A stretch of 64,000 nucleotides of DNA from Candidatus Latescibacterota bacterium (GTDB lineage: Bacteria; Latescibacterota; UBA2968; GCA-2709665): the NCBI GenBank assembly GCA_965237675.1, contig OZ250150.1, positions 2,720,001 through 2,784,000 on the forward strand. Direction: 5' to 3'. Of the stretch, positions 21,015-31,436 are shown in pieces (the first letter of the stretch is position 1; every line of letters begins with the position of its first letter). A model generated the notes under the pieces. That model was not told where the DNA came from, ran no database searches, and saw only the letters and a list, made by a program, of their open reading frames with translations. Position numbers and translations under genes: made by a program.

Positions 21015-21890
21015 TCAGCGTGCGCCCGCGAGGATGGCCAACAACCCGAGAACCATCCCCGCTTTCAGCAGTCTGTTGACCCGGCGCAGGCGGGTTTTTT
21101 CGGGGACGCGCCGGAGGGACAACATGATGCCGATCAGCAACAGATCGAGGAGGCAGACGAGGATGAGATAGGGCAGTCCGTAGAGGTCCAGGATGTACGG
21201 AACCGGGGTGAGGAGAATCAGGAGCGCGTACGCGGAAATAGCCAGGCGGCAGGATTTGGCCGGTCCCCATCGGAGCGGCAGGGTTCCGCCGGGCGCCCGG
21301 CGATCTCCGGGCACGTCGTGAGCGTCTTTGAGGATTTCCCGACCGAAATGGTAAAGGGTCGCAAACAAGGCCGGGACGGCCGCCGGCATGGGCGCGCGGA
21401 CGGCGAAACCGCCGTAGAAGAAAGCCAGACCGCACAGAAGGCTTACCACAATGTTGCCGGCAACCGGGATGTGTTTCAACCGCCGATTATAGGCCACGAG
21501 GAAGCCGCAGGCGGCCGCGGCGGTCAGCATGGCTTCAGGAGGCAGCAAAAGGCCGAGGCCCAGGCCGAGCGCCAGGAAGAAAACGCCTTCAATGCGGGCT
21601 GCAAGGGGGGTGAGACGGGCGGAAGGAAGGGGCCGGTGCGGGTGGTTGATGCGATCGGATTCCAGATCCCATACGTCGTTGAACGCATTCCCGCCGGCCA
21701 TGACGGCTGCGGCGGAGAAAGCGGCGATCCAGAGCGACGCGGGAAGCGCGTGGAAACCCAGCCACCCGCCCAGGAGCACCGAGGCAAACGTGATGAGACA
21801 GTTCTGAGGGCGCGTGATCCGGAGGCCCGCGCGAAAGGCGGCGGCTTCGGAAAGGTCAGACCGGAGCGGCGCCGGATTCTTTGAAGACAT
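21015..21890 (-). CDS. UbiA-family prenyltransferase (DGGGP-synthase-like)
   Basis: NDVWDLESDRINHPHRPLPS, REILKDAHDVPGDR; multiple transmembrane segments. Confidence 0.85.
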   Translation of the reverse strand: MSSKNPAPLRSDLSEAAAFRAGLRITRPQNCLITFASVLLGGWLGFHALPASLWIAAFSAAAVMAGGNAFNDVWDLESDRINHPHRPLPSARLTPLAARIEGVFFLALGLGLGLLLPPEAMLTAAAACGFLVAYNRRLKHIPVAGNIVVSLLCGLAFFYGGFAVRAPMPAAVPALFATLYHFGREILKDAHDVPGDRRAPGGTLPLRWGPAKSCRLAISAYALLILLTPVPYILDLYGLPYLILVCLLDLLLIGIMLSLRRVPEKTRLRRVNRLLKAGMVLGLLAILAGAR

Positions 21891-23559
21891 CGGCGGCGTC
21901 CCGAATGGTATACCGGTAACCCTGTTCGGTAAGAAACGTCTGGCGCTTGCGGGCGAATTCCAATTCGCGGGTATCCCGGGTCACCAGGGTGTAGAAGTGT
22001 GCCAGGCTGCCGTTGGTCTTGGGTCGAAGAATGCGTCCCAACCGCTGGGCTTCTTCCTGGCGTGAACCGAATGTCCCGGAAATCTGGATGGCCACGTTGG
22101 CATCCGGCAGGTCGACGGCGAAATTGGCCACCTTGGAAACGACCATCAGTCGGATATCGCCCTTTCGGAAACGCGCGTATAACCGGTCGCGCTCGCGGCT
22201 GGGGGTTTTGCCTGTAATGATTGGCGCGCGCAGTTCTCTGGCGAAGGCTTCGACCTGGTCGACATATTTGCCGATAACCAGGATCTGATCCTTCTTGTGT
22301 ATCCGGATGAGTTCTTTGGCCAGAGGGATTTTGGACGGATTTTCCGAGGCGATACGGAATTTACCGCGCCCCCCGGCAACGGCGTAGTCCAGTCGCAGAT
22401 GCTGCGGCAACGGGAGGCGAATCTCGCGGCATTCAGCGGTGGCGATCCAGCCCCTGGATTCCAGATCACGCCAGGGTACGTCGAAGCGTTTCGGCCCGAT
22501 GAGACTGAAGACGTCCGCCTCGAGCCCGTCTTCCCGCACAAGCGTGGCGGTGAGACCCAGCCTGCGTCGCGCCTGGAGTTCGGCGGTAAAGCGGAAGACC
22601 GGCGCGGGCAGCAGATGAACTTCGTCGTATAGGATAACGCCCCAGTTGCCCTGGTTGAAGATAGCGAAGTGGGGAAACGGATCGCCTTTTCTCTTTCGAT
22701 AGGTGAGGATATTGTACGTGGCGACGGTAATGGGACGGATTTCTTTGACTTCTCCAGAATATTCGCCGATCTGGTCCGGTTTCAGATCCGTCTTGTCCAG
22801 CAGTTCCGCTATCCACTGCCGGGAGGCGGTGATGTTGGTGGTGAGGATGAGCGCCTGGGTCTGAAGGCGTTCGATGGCGGCGATACCCACAATGGTTTTT
22901 CCCGATCCGCAGGGCAGGACCACCACGCCGCTGCCACCCTCCGGTCCGCCGCCCGCGTGAAAGATCTCCATGGCCTCCCGCTGGTAGTCGCGCAGGTGAA
23001 ACGGTGCGCCCGACTGCGTGATGGTTCGTCGACGCAGCGCCAGATGCTGGCCGGGCAAGTACCCCGCGAGGTCCTTGACGGGAAAGCCGATGCGGGTGAG
23101 CGCCTGTTTCAGGTGGCCCCGGTACAGAAGGTCCACTTTGATGCGACGCGCGTCAATTTTCTTTTTTAAATAAGGCCGTACGGACTTGTGCTGGCAGATT
23201 TCGGTGATGAGCAGCGGGTCGTCCGCCGAGAGGACGAGGTCGTTTCCGGATCGGTCCAGGCGAATTCGACCGTATCGCCCGAGGGTTTCCGCGATCTCGA
23301 CGGTGACGTTCTGGGGGATCTCATATTTGCTGAACGTCTCCAGGGCGTCGGTGATTTCTCCCGCCGTGAGTCCGGCGGCGGCGGCGTTCCAGAGCGAAAG
23401 CGGGCTGATGCGATAGGTGTGAATGTATTCAGGGCTTTTTTCCAGTTCGGCAAAACGCGCCAGGACGCCCCGTGCCGCTTCATACCGCGGGCCCCCGACC
23501 TCTGCTAGAACGGTCATGTCGCTCTGGATGATAAGGGGATTTTGGGGATTGTTTGACAT
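21856..23559 (-). CDS. XPB/Ssl2/Rad25-like DNA helicase
   Basis: PLIIQSD, LEKSPEYIHTYRI, LPCGSGKT, DEVH, QRLGRILR. Confidence 0.93.
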   Translation of the reverse strand: MSNNPQNPLIIQSDMTVLAEVGGPRYEAARGVLARFAELEKSPEYIHTYRISPLSLWNAAAAGLTAGEITDALETFSKYEIPQNVTVEIAETLGRYGRIRLDRSGNDLVLSADDPLLITEICQHKSVRPYLKKKIDARRIKVDLLYRGHLKQALTRIGFPVKDLAGYLPGQHLALRRRTITQSGAPFHLRDYQREAMEIFHAGGGPEGGSGVVVLPCGSGKTIVGIAAIERLQTQALILTTNITASRQWIAELLDKTDLKPDQIGEYSGEVKEIRPITVATYNILTYRKRKGDPFPHFAIFNQGNWGVILYDEVHLLPAPVFRFTAELQARRRLGLTATLVREDGLEADVFSLIGPKRFDVPWRDLESRGWIATAECREIRLPLPQHLRLDYAVAGGRGKFRIASENPSKIPLAKELIRIHKKDQILVIGKYVDQVEAFARELRAPIITGKTPSRERDRLYARFRKGDIRLMVVSKVANFAVDLPDANVAIQISGTFGSRQEEAQRLGRILRPKTNGSLAHFYTLVTRDTRELEFARKRQTFLTEQGYRYTIRDAADVFKESGAAPV

Positions 23560-23749
23560 AGAGGTTGGAGACTGACGGGCAGATTCCAGGATCAAGCGAA
23601 GGCGGGACGCTGCTCAACGGGCGTCTTTGCAAACCCGGTGGTACTCCGACGCCAGCGCCGATTCCGGTCATTGACCTTCCGCGCTGGCCCATCCGCGTCC
23701 GAAGATGGATTGAGGTTCCTCCGGGTGCCAGACGCGACGCGTCTCTGAT

Positions 23750-25237
23750 TTATGCCGCGTCTGGGGTATCGGGTTCGCGTTCTCCCTCGAAGTGTGCGAC
23801 GACCGCGGCGCCGATGGCGTCGCCCCAGACGTTGACGGTGGTACGGCAGCGGTCCAGGAACCAGTCGATGACCAGGATGAGGGTGATGCCCTCAATGGGC
23901 AGGCCGACGGCTCTCAGGACAATGACCATGGTGACCAGGCCGGCTTCGGGGATTCCGGCGGCGCCGATGGCGGCCAGGGTGGCAGTGAGAAAGATAATGG
24001 CCATTTCAACCGGACCCATCGTAATGCCGTAAACCTGGGCGATGAAAATGGCGGCTACGGCTTCGTAGAGAGCGGTGCCGTCCATATTGATGGTGGCCCC
24101 AAGTGGCAATACGAAGCTCGAGACCCGGTTGGAGACACCGTTTTTCTTGGTGACGCAATCGATCGTAAGCGGCAGTGTGGCGGAGCTGGAAGCGGTGGAA
24201 AAAGCCGTGCCCAGGGCGGGGAGCTGATTGTGCCCGTATTTCGCAACGTTTCTCTTGGCAATGAGACGGAGGATCAATGGGAGGACGAACAGACCGTGGA
24301 TCAGCAGGCCCAGAATAACCGTGGAGGCGTACCACCCGAGTTTGACAAGCTCCGGCAGAAAACCCTCCCACCCGCCGCTGCTGCCCATGCGTCCGGCAAT
24401 CAGACCGAATATGCCCACGGGGGCGAAAGCGATGACGATGTGTACAATTTTCATAATGGCGTCGTTGATGCCCGCAATGAGGTCGATAACGGGCCTGGCC
24501 GGGTTCCCGAGGGTGGTCAGCACGCCGCCGAAGAGCAGGGAGAAGACGATCAGTGGCAGGATATCGGTTTCGACCATGGCTTTGAAGATGTTGACCGGGA
24601 TCATGCCAACGATCATGTCGACAAGTATATCGACAACCGAGCGATCCTTCCCTCGTACCCCTTCGGCCATTCCCAGGTCGACATGGACGCCAACGCCGGA
24701 AGGCATCGGCACGACGGCTTCCCGGGTGTCCCGGTCGCGCCAGGCCTTCACCCGGATGTGGTCGGACGTGTGTCTTGCATCCGCATCGATGGCGCCCACG
24801 ATATCCTGGTCGGCCAGCAGCACCTGGTAACGGCCGTCGTAGCGGGCGTCCGAAAGCGTGGCGTTCTGCAGGCGCACCCAGTTGTCTTCAACCGTATACT
24901 GCGCGGCATCAAGCGATTCGCCACGGGACACGCCCACCCCCGGCTTGACGATGTTTACCAGAACGAGCCCGACGAGTACGGAAAGGGCGGTTGTAACCAT
25001 ATAGTAGGAAATCGTGCGTTTGCCGATGCCGCCCAGCCTGCGAATGTCGCCCAGGTTCGTGATGCCGACAATCATAGAGGCAACCACGAGCGGAACGACG
25101 ATCATTCTGAGCGCGTTGAGAAAGATCTCACCCAGAAAGTTGACGTGCAACGCCTGCTCGGGGAACAGGCCGCCGAACAGAGCGCCCAACAGAATGGCAA
25201 GCAGGATGTAAACCAGAAAACGGTTTTGTTGAGACAT
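23750..25237 (-). CDS. Dicarboxylate/amino acid:cation symporter (DAACS)
   Basis: TASSSATLP, LPLGATINMDGTALYE, AAGIPEAG, DRCRTTVNVWGD. Confidence 0.93.
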   Translation of the reverse strand: MSQQNRFLVYILLAILLGALFGGLFPEQALHVNFLGEIFLNALRMIVVPLVVASMIVGITNLGDIRRLGGIGKRTISYYMVTTALSVLVGLVLVNIVKPGVGVSRGESLDAAQYTVEDNWVRLQNATLSDARYDGRYQVLLADQDIVGAIDADARHTSDHIRVKAWRDRDTREAVVPMPSGVGVHVDLGMAEGVRGKDRSVVDILVDMIVGMIPVNIFKAMVETDILPLIVFSLLFGGVLTTLGNPARPVIDLIAGINDAIMKIVHIVIAFAPVGIFGLIAGRMGSSGGWEGFLPELVKLGWYASTVILGLLIHGLFVLPLILRLIAKRNVAKYGHNQLPALGTAFSTASSSATLPLTIDCVTKKNGVSNRVSSFVLPLGATINMDGTALYEAVAAIFIAQVYGITMGPVEMAIIFLTATLAAIGAAGIPEAGLVTMVIVLRAVGLPIEGITLILVIDWFLDRCRTTVNVWGDAIGAAVVAHFEGEREPDTPDAA

Positions 25238-25571
25238 GAAGAAACGCTCCCGAAGAGAATTTTTGGCGGTGAATTCTAATAAATACCTACATCGAATGTG
25301 TCGAATAAGGCGCATAAGGATACGCAAACGAATGAACTTTGTCAATTGGATTCGTCGGTGATGAATCCGCCGCCTCAAGAGAGAAAATAATTTGACTTTA
25401 AGGGCTGGTTTATCTAATTTTATATGTCTCATAAGCGTTGAGTTCGTTGTTTATGGCGTCCGATTGTTCCGCGCTGCCATCGGATAGAATCACTTGGTTC
25501 AGACAGGGTGTTTTTGATTCATCGCAGTCCAATGCGGGTGGAGCCAAAATCAAGTGGGCGGGAGGGTCCGG

Positions 25572-25763
25572 ATGGAAAGTCAATTTACACAGTGTCTCAA
25601 GTGCGAAAAGGGTTTATTGCTTCCTATGTCGGATTACGGGCGCGATGGCGCGTCGATTCACTATAAGGCCTGGGTCTGTAATAACCCCGATTGCGGGTTC
25701 AACCTGCGAATCGATAACGGCGAAATCAGCATGGGAAGAAACATCGCCGAGTCGTACAAATAG
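25572..25763 (+). CDS. Small Cys-rich (zinc-ribbon-like) protein
   Basis: GGAGG RBS; CLKC...WVCNNPDC. Confidence 0.7.
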   Translation: MESQFTQCLKCEKGLLLPMSDYGRDGASIHYKAWVCNNPDCGFNLRIDNGEISMGRNIAESYK

Positions 25764-26111
25764 CACGATTCGGCACACCCAGATCGAATAACGGATCCCA
25801 TCCCGGGTGACGCTTGGCCGGACGGCGTTGATGGCTTGAAGCGCGGGGCGCGGGCTGTGTCGGAAGGGTCCCGCTCCAGGGCCCGTACGCCGTGCGCCTG
25901 CCGCCCGGGTTGATGTGTTTAATGTCCTCGCCACCGTCCGGATTCTTCGCGGCGCGCGTGTGTCTTCCTCATCGGGTTCCGACGCATCTTTTGAAGGTTT
26001 TGTTCAACCTGCTTTGTGATTTTTTCCCTCCTCATTCGGATCCATCCCCTGATCTAACGGGGTGGCGCTTTGTTTTTGCCATCCTTTCCCCTCTGGTTCA
26101 ATAACGTTTAT

Positions 26112-27167
26112 ATGTCTTTTTATTCCAGGGACTCCGGGCAGCCGGTATGGGATCGTCCTGTACTGGGCATTGAAACCTCGTGTGACGAAACGGCTGCCGC
26201 GGTCGTGGCCGGTGGCTGTATTCTATCAAATATCATATTCTCCCAGACAGAGCACAGTCTCTACGGGGGCGTGGTTCCGGAACTGGCGTCACGAAATCAC
26301 GTTCGCAAGATCGTGCCGGTTGTACGTGATGCCCTGGACCAGGCTGGAGTCGGGCTGGATGAACTCGGTGGCATCGCGGTCACACGCGGTCCGGGCCTTG
26401 TCGGGTGCCTGCTGGTGGGAATCTCGGCCGCCAAGGGGCTCGCGCTCGGCAGCCGGGCTCCGCTGATCGGCGTACACCACATCGAGGGACATCTCTTCGC
26501 CGGGCTGCTGGCGGATCCTGACCTGAGTCCTCCGTTTCTGGCGCTCGTGATTTCCGGCGGCCATACCCAATTGATCCACGTGCGCCGGTGGGGACTGTAC
26601 GAAGTCTGCGGGGAAACACGGGACGACGCGGCGGGGGAAGCCTTCGACAAGGTGGCCAAGATGCTGGGCATCTTAAAGGCGGGCGGGACCACCATGGGCG
26701 GTCCTGTAATTGCGGAATTGGCGGAACGGGGCGACGCCAACGCGTTTGCGTTTCCACGAGGGCTCCAGCACCAGGAAGGATTTGAGTTCAGCTTCAGCGG
26801 GATCAAGACGTCGGTCCTGTACCACCTGAAGGGCCGGTCCGAAGCCGATGTGGAGGTGGAGCGAGCAGATATAGCGGCCAGTTTCCAGGCCGCGGTTGTC
26901 GATGTGCTCGTGCGCAAGACGATGAAAGCGGCCGGTGCCCTGAATCTCAGGCGGGTTCTGTTGACGGGCGGGGTGGCGGCGAATCGTCGGCTTCGGGAAG
27001 AGATGCGGCGTGTCGCCGGCGGATTCGGAGTTGAGGTCTGCTTTCCGCCGCCGGTCCTTTGCACCGACAACGCGGCGATGATTGCCCGTGCGGGTGGCTT
27101 CCGGCTGGGAAGAGGCGAGCGGTCGGGGGGAGATCTGGATGCCAATCCGAGAATGAAGCTGGCTTGA
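26112..27167 (+). CDS. tsaD: tRNA threonylcarbamoyltransferase TsaD
   Basis: LGIETSCDET, HHIEGH, SGGHT, DDAAGEAFDK, FSFSG.KT, CTDNAAMI. Confidence 0.96.
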   Translation: MSFYSRDSGQPVWDRPVLGIETSCDETAAAVVAGGCILSNIIFSQTEHSLYGGVVPELASRNHVRKIVPVVRDALDQAGVGLDELGGIAVTRGPGLVGCLLVGISAAKGLALGSRAPLIGVHHIEGHLFAGLLADPDLSPPFLALVISGGHTQLIHVRRWGLYEVCGETRDDAAGEAFDKVAKMLGILKAGGTTMGGPVIAELAERGDANAFAFPRGLQHQEGFEFSFSGIKTSVLYHLKGRSEADVEVERADIAASFQAAVVDVLVRKTMKAAGALNLRRVLLTGGVAANRRLREEMRRVAGGFGVEVCFPPPVLCTDNAAMIARAGGFRLGRGERSGGDLDANPRMKLA

Positions 27168-27169
27168 CT

Positions 27170-27381
27170 TATTGTCCTGTCCCGAAAACATGTCACCATT
27201 CTCCCGCCAGTCTGCGTGCAGGTCTTCCGCACAGGCAGGCCGATTCATCCCGTCTCGCTGCGTTGGGCCGACCTTGCGCAGGTCGGCTCGCTCAGGCGCC
27301 GGTTCCTGAGCCTGTCGAAGGATGCGAGCCGGGCGACTCGACGGCCGAATTTAGGCAATCTGTTTCCGGGACAGAACACTA
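27170..27381. mobile_element. MITE family A, copy 1
   Basis: Termini TATTGTCCTGTCCCG...CGGGACAGAACACTA; ~95-bp near-identical core shared with 40800-40996. Confidence 0.75.
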
Positions 27382-29549
27382 TGTTCCAGTTGTCCGATGT
27401 GGCGTTGAGTTTACGCGATGGATTGTTGTTGGGCTTGCTTGCGCCTGTCTGTGTGTACCTGGCCTGGCAGGCGTACCGCGTCCGAAAACATGGATTCCGG
27501 TTGGTACGGTGGTTGCTAGTATTGAGGTGCACGGCGTTTCTGCTGCTGCTGGTGCTGTTGATGGAGCCCGTTCTGGCGCTCTCGCTGAGGCGCCAGCGCA
27601 AACCCCTTGTCGCCGTCCTCGTGGACGAGAGCGAGAGTATGCGAATCGAGGAGGACGGGCGAGAGCGCCGCGATCTTGTGATCGACCTGCTGAAGAGCGG
27701 AGTGTTCGAAGCGCTGGAGACACGCGCCCGGGTGGCGTGGTATCGCTTCTCCGAGTGGATGGCGCCCATGCCTTCGACGGGTGTGGATTCGCTACGCTTC
27801 GACGGGCGGGCAACGGACCTGGCCGTGGCGCTGGAAATGCTGCGTGAGGAAACGGCTGGCGAAGGATTGGTAGCGGCGGTCCTGATCTCCGACGGGACGC
27901 ACAACCTGGGCGCGCGGCCGGAAATGGCCGCACGTGCATTGGATGTGCCCGTCTTTTCGGTGGGGGTGGGGAAGGCGGACGCGCCGAAGGATGTGGCAAT
28001 TGTATCCGCCGTTTGCGATCCAATGGTTTACGTTGGCCGGCCGCTGTCAGTTTCGGTGGGTCTGAAGTCGAGCGGATGTGAAGGCGCAAGCGCGTTGCTG
28101 GTAGTCGAAGAGGGCGGGCGCCGGGTGGCGGAGGCGCCGGTCACGCTGTTGGACGGCGAACAGGAGACCCGGTTTGTCGTCGCGCCTGATCGTGCGGGCC
28201 GGCTTATCTATCGAATTCATCTCGCGGCTCAACCGGGAGAACGCTCCACCGCGAACAATGCCGCAGTCGTTTCCGCCGAGGTTATCGAGAGCCGTTTGCG
28301 CGTTCTGATGGTCGCCGGTTCCCCCAGTGCGGATCTTGCCTATCTGCGCCGGGTGCTGGAGGCCGACGAGAATCTGGAAGTGGAAGTGCTCGTTGCCCGG
28401 AAGGCGGGTGAATGGCCTTTTCGGATGCGGGCGGCGTTGACCGAACCGGACGAGTCGGAACTCGTCGTACTCTTCGATCTGCCTGGCGAAATGCTTGCGG
28501 GACATTCCGGCCGCCGGCTGGCTGAATATGTCGAATCGGGCGGGGCGTTGCTCGTGGTGGGCGGACCGGAGGGATTCAACGGGGCATACGCGCGATCGCC
28601 AATTGCGCGGGTGCTGCCCGTCCTGTGTTCGCCAGGCGCGAATACGTATCGAGAGGCGTCTTTCCGGCTTGAACTGTCACGGTCCGGAACCATGCATCCG
28701 ATACTGCGGGTCTCGGACGACCCCCTGGCGGACCGCCAGGCCTGGAGCGACCTCCCGCCGCTTCTGGCTTGCAATGTGAATAAAGGCCTCCAAGGGGACG
28801 CCGCAACCCTGGTCTATCATCCAGGCAGACGTGCGGGCGGCGAGAAGATGCCTCTGGTTGCGGTGGGTCGCGCGGGTGCAGGCAAGGTGATGGCCGTGGC
28901 GGTCAGGACGTTCTGGCGGCTCGGTCTCATGATGTGGGGCATCGGCAGGAACGATGAGGTTTCGAGGGCCTTCTGGGCAAATTCAGTACAGTGGCTGGTC
29001 AAACGGGAGGATGTCGACCGGGTCCAGGTGGAGGTGGACAAACCGGTCTATCGCAGCGGCGCTCCGGTGACGTTTCACGCCCGCGTCTTCAACGAGTTGC
29101 TTCAGCCGCAGGAGGGAGCGCGCGTCGTGCTCTCGGTTACGGATGAGGACGGTATGCGGCAGACGATGTTGGGCGATGAGGGTCAGGGGCGCTACCGTGG
29201 GCAGATGAGGGCGGGCGCGCAGGGGGAAGTTGTGTTTGAAGCCAGGGCCCGGATGGACGGCGTCGATCTGGGGAACGGCACCGGGCGGTTCACTGTGGGC
29301 CGGTACAGTCTGGAATATGAAGACATGCGAATGAACCGGGATCTTCTGGAAAGTCTGTCAAAACAGAGTGGGGGCGTAGTTGTGGCACCGGATCGTTTGA
29401 GCACGGTTCTGGACGATCTCGACCTCGCGCCCCAACCCGTGGCGGAGTCTTACCGGATCCGGCTGTGGGGGCGACGGTGGCCGCTTTTCATTCTGGTCGG
29501 ACTTCTGGTCGCGGAATGGACGGCCAGACGCAGGTGGGGAATGATATGA
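27381..29549 (+). CDS. Membrane protein with vWA, Ig-like and GATase-like (DUF1355) domains
   Basis: N-terminal TM, VLVDESESM MIDAS, ISDG..N, LLVVGG..F; start reassigned past the MITE. Confidence 0.75.
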   Translation: MFQLSDVALSLRDGLLLGLLAPVCVYLAWQAYRVRKHGFRLVRWLLVLRCTAFLLLLVLLMEPVLALSLRRQRKPLVAVLVDESESMRIEEDGRERRDLVIDLLKSGVFEALETRARVAWYRFSEWMAPMPSTGVDSLRFDGRATDLAVALEMLREETAGEGLVAAVLISDGTHNLGARPEMAARALDVPVFSVGVGKADAPKDVAIVSAVCDPMVYVGRPLSVSVGLKSSGCEGASALLVVEEGGRRVAEAPVTLLDGEQETRFVVAPDRAGRLIYRIHLAAQPGERSTANNAAVVSAEVIESRLRVLMVAGSPSADLAYLRRVLEADENLEVEVLVARKAGEWPFRMRAALTEPDESELVVLFDLPGEMLAGHSGRRLAEYVESGGALLVVGGPEGFNGAYARSPIARVLPVLCSPGANTYREASFRLELSRSGTMHPILRVSDDPLADRQAWSDLPPLLACNVNKGLQGDAATLVYHPGRRAGGEKMPLVAVGRAGAGKVMAVAVRTFWRLGLMMWGIGRNDEVSRAFWANSVQWLVKREDVDRVQVEVDKPVYRSGAPVTFHARVFNELLQPQEGARVVLSVTDEDGMRQTMLGDEGQGRYRGQMRAGAQGEVVFEARARMDGVDLGNGTGRFTVGRYSLEYEDMRMNRDLLESLSKQSGGVVVAPDRLSTVLDDLDLAPQPVAESYRIRLWGRRWPLFILVGLLVAEWTARRRWGMI

Positions 29550-31243
29550 TGAGGCGAGTGTCAGGCCGGGGTCCCAGAGGTCCGGGCGAGGGTGTCGGGT
29601 TAAGGGCCGCTGGCGCCATCGCGGTTCTGGCGTTGCTGATCCCTTGCGGGTCGGCGGCAGGCCGCGTGGTCATCAGCGAGGTGATGTTCGATCCCTCGGG
29701 GAGCGAGTTTTACGACGAGTTCATCGAGGTTCAGAATACCGGTGACGAGCCCGTGGATCTGGCCGGATGGAGCGTGGGTGACGGCGACGAGACGGACTTG
29801 CTGGTCTTCCCGGGCGGCGACACCCTGCTGAAACCTGGGACCTTCGGGTTGATTCTGGATTCGGGGTATTTCGCGCATTCGACCCTTTACGACCCGTTGC
29901 CCGAGTCCGCGTTGATCCTCACGGTGGCGGACGCCACGCTCGGGAATTCGGGCTTGAGCAATTCGAGGCCGGAGCGGATCGTGCTTGTTTCGTCATCCGG
30001 CGATACCGTGGGCGTCGCGGTCTACACGACGGGAAACGCGCCCGGGTTTTCAGAGGAGAAGGTGGACCCCGCAGGCGGCGACGGGCCGGAGAACTGGGCG
30101 GATTCACGGTGGGCGGGAGGGACACCGGGACGCGTCAACAGCGTGAGCCCGAAGGCCTACGACCTGGCGCTGACGCGGGTTTCACAAACGCCGTTTTCCG
30201 TTCCCGCAGGCGGCGCGCGTGATTTTATTCTGGAGGTGGCGAACCGGGGGCGGCGGCCGGCATCTACGTTTTCAGTGACGGTAGAGGGTATTGCCCGGTG
30301 GCGTCGGGAATTTCCGAGCCTGGCGCCGGCCGATTCTCTTCGAGTTGAAACGCCCATTGGAAATGTGCCGTCCGGCCGGTTTGAATACGTGGCCACACTC
30401 GCATTCGACGCCGATGAGGATACGACGAACAATCGGGTGGCGTGGACGGTGCTGGGCGGGGTTGGACCGCGGGCGGTGGTCGTTAACGAAGTGATGTTCG
30501 CGCCAGCCGAGGGTGATCCGGAGTGGGTGGAACTCCATAATCGTTCGGGGCAGGCGCTGGATATGATCGGCTGGCAGATTCAGGATGCGAGGCCCTCGGG
30601 CGAGACGTTCGGACGTGAGCCCCTGCAACTGCAGCCGGATGCATACCTGGTGGTGGCCGAGGACGTCGACAGGTTCTACAACCGATTCGTCGATCGGACG
30701 ATTCAGGTGGTTGCCCCCGAGCGGTGGGTTCGGTTGAACGACAGCGGCGACGCTGTGGTGGTACGGGATGCAACCGGTGCGGTCGTGGATCGGATGGCGT
30801 ACGGAAATAGGGAGTTCGTCGGGCGGTCGCTCGAAAGGATTTCGGGATCCGCGCCGAGCGATGACGTTCGAAATTGGCTGTCCAGTACCCACGATGATGG
30901 CGCGACGCCCGGCCGCGCGAACAGCGTGGCGCTGCAAAGCGGCGTCGATGCGGTGCAACTCGTGGCCGATCCCAATCCCTTTTACGATCGGGTGGAAATA
31001 CGCTACCTTCTTCCAACTTCGCGCGCGGACGTGAATCTGTGGGTGTACGACCGGTTCGGCCATCCGGTAAAAACGCTGCTGAACGCTGCCGCCGGCGGCA
31101 GCCAACGTAAGGTGACGTGGGACGGGATGGATGAAGACGGCGCACCGTTGAAGCCGGGCATTTACATCTTGTTTTTGGAAGTGTCGCTTGAAGACCGTAT
31201 CTTTAGAACCAAAGCCCCTGTTGTGCTGGCGAGGGGACTGTAG
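29546..31243 (+). CDS. Secreted protein with two lamin-tail domains, CARDB-like and FlgD-Ig-like domains
   Basis: VVISEVMFDP...EFIEV.N, VVVNEVMF...EWVELHN, TPG..NS, PNPF...WDG.DE.G....GIY. Confidence 0.8.
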   Translation: MMRRVSGRGPRGPGEGVGLRAAGAIAVLALLIPCGSAAGRVVISEVMFDPSGSEFYDEFIEVQNTGDEPVDLAGWSVGDGDETDLLVFPGGDTLLKPGTFGLILDSGYFAHSTLYDPLPESALILTVADATLGNSGLSNSRPERIVLVSSSGDTVGVAVYTTGNAPGFSEEKVDPAGGDGPENWADSRWAGGTPGRVNSVSPKAYDLALTRVSQTPFSVPAGGARDFILEVANRGRRPASTFSVTVEGIARWRREFPSLAPADSLRVETPIGNVPSGRFEYVATLAFDADEDTTNNRVAWTVLGGVGPRAVVVNEVMFAPAEGDPEWVELHNRSGQALDMIGWQIQDARPSGETFGREPLQLQPDAYLVVAEDVDRFYNRFVDRTIQVVAPERWVRLNDSGDAVVVRDATGAVVDRMAYGNREFVGRSLERISGSAPSDDVRNWLSSTHDDGATPGRANSVALQSGVDAVQLVADPNPFYDRVEIRYLLPTSRADVNLWVYDRFGHPVKTLLNAAAGGSQRKVTWDGMDEDGAPLKPGIYILFLEVSLEDRIFRTKAPVVLARGL

Positions 31244-31280
31244 TTTGCGGTACCGGCGCATCCCCAGCGCCGGTACGTCA

Positions 31281-31375
31281 GAAGTTGTTGTAAAATTCCT
31301 GGCGCGTTTCCGAGCACGAGCGAAAACGTGTCGGTTATGAGGCACGAAGACCGCTGGTGGTTTTAGGGCAGCTTC
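31281..31375. mobile_element. MITE family B, copy 1 (short)
   Basis: GAAGTTGTTGTAAAA...TTTTAGGGCAGCTTC, flanked by TCA on both sides. Confidence 0.65.
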
Positions 31376-31436
31376 TCACGAGGGACCCGCGCATTCTGTC
31401 TCCCTTCGGATGTTTCAGAACAAGGGTGGCCCATCT

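Noticed and set aside
23792-25279. 495-aa ORF antisense to the DAACS transporter (and similar long shadow ORFs such as 46227-47816)
   Set aside because: These are antisense shadows of real genes in GC-rich DNA, with no recognisable motifs.
27216-27380. N-terminal extension of the vWA protein, and ORF 40690-41010
   Set aside because: Both are read-through of MITE family A; they share the same peptide LRRRFLSLSKDASRATRRPNLGNLF.
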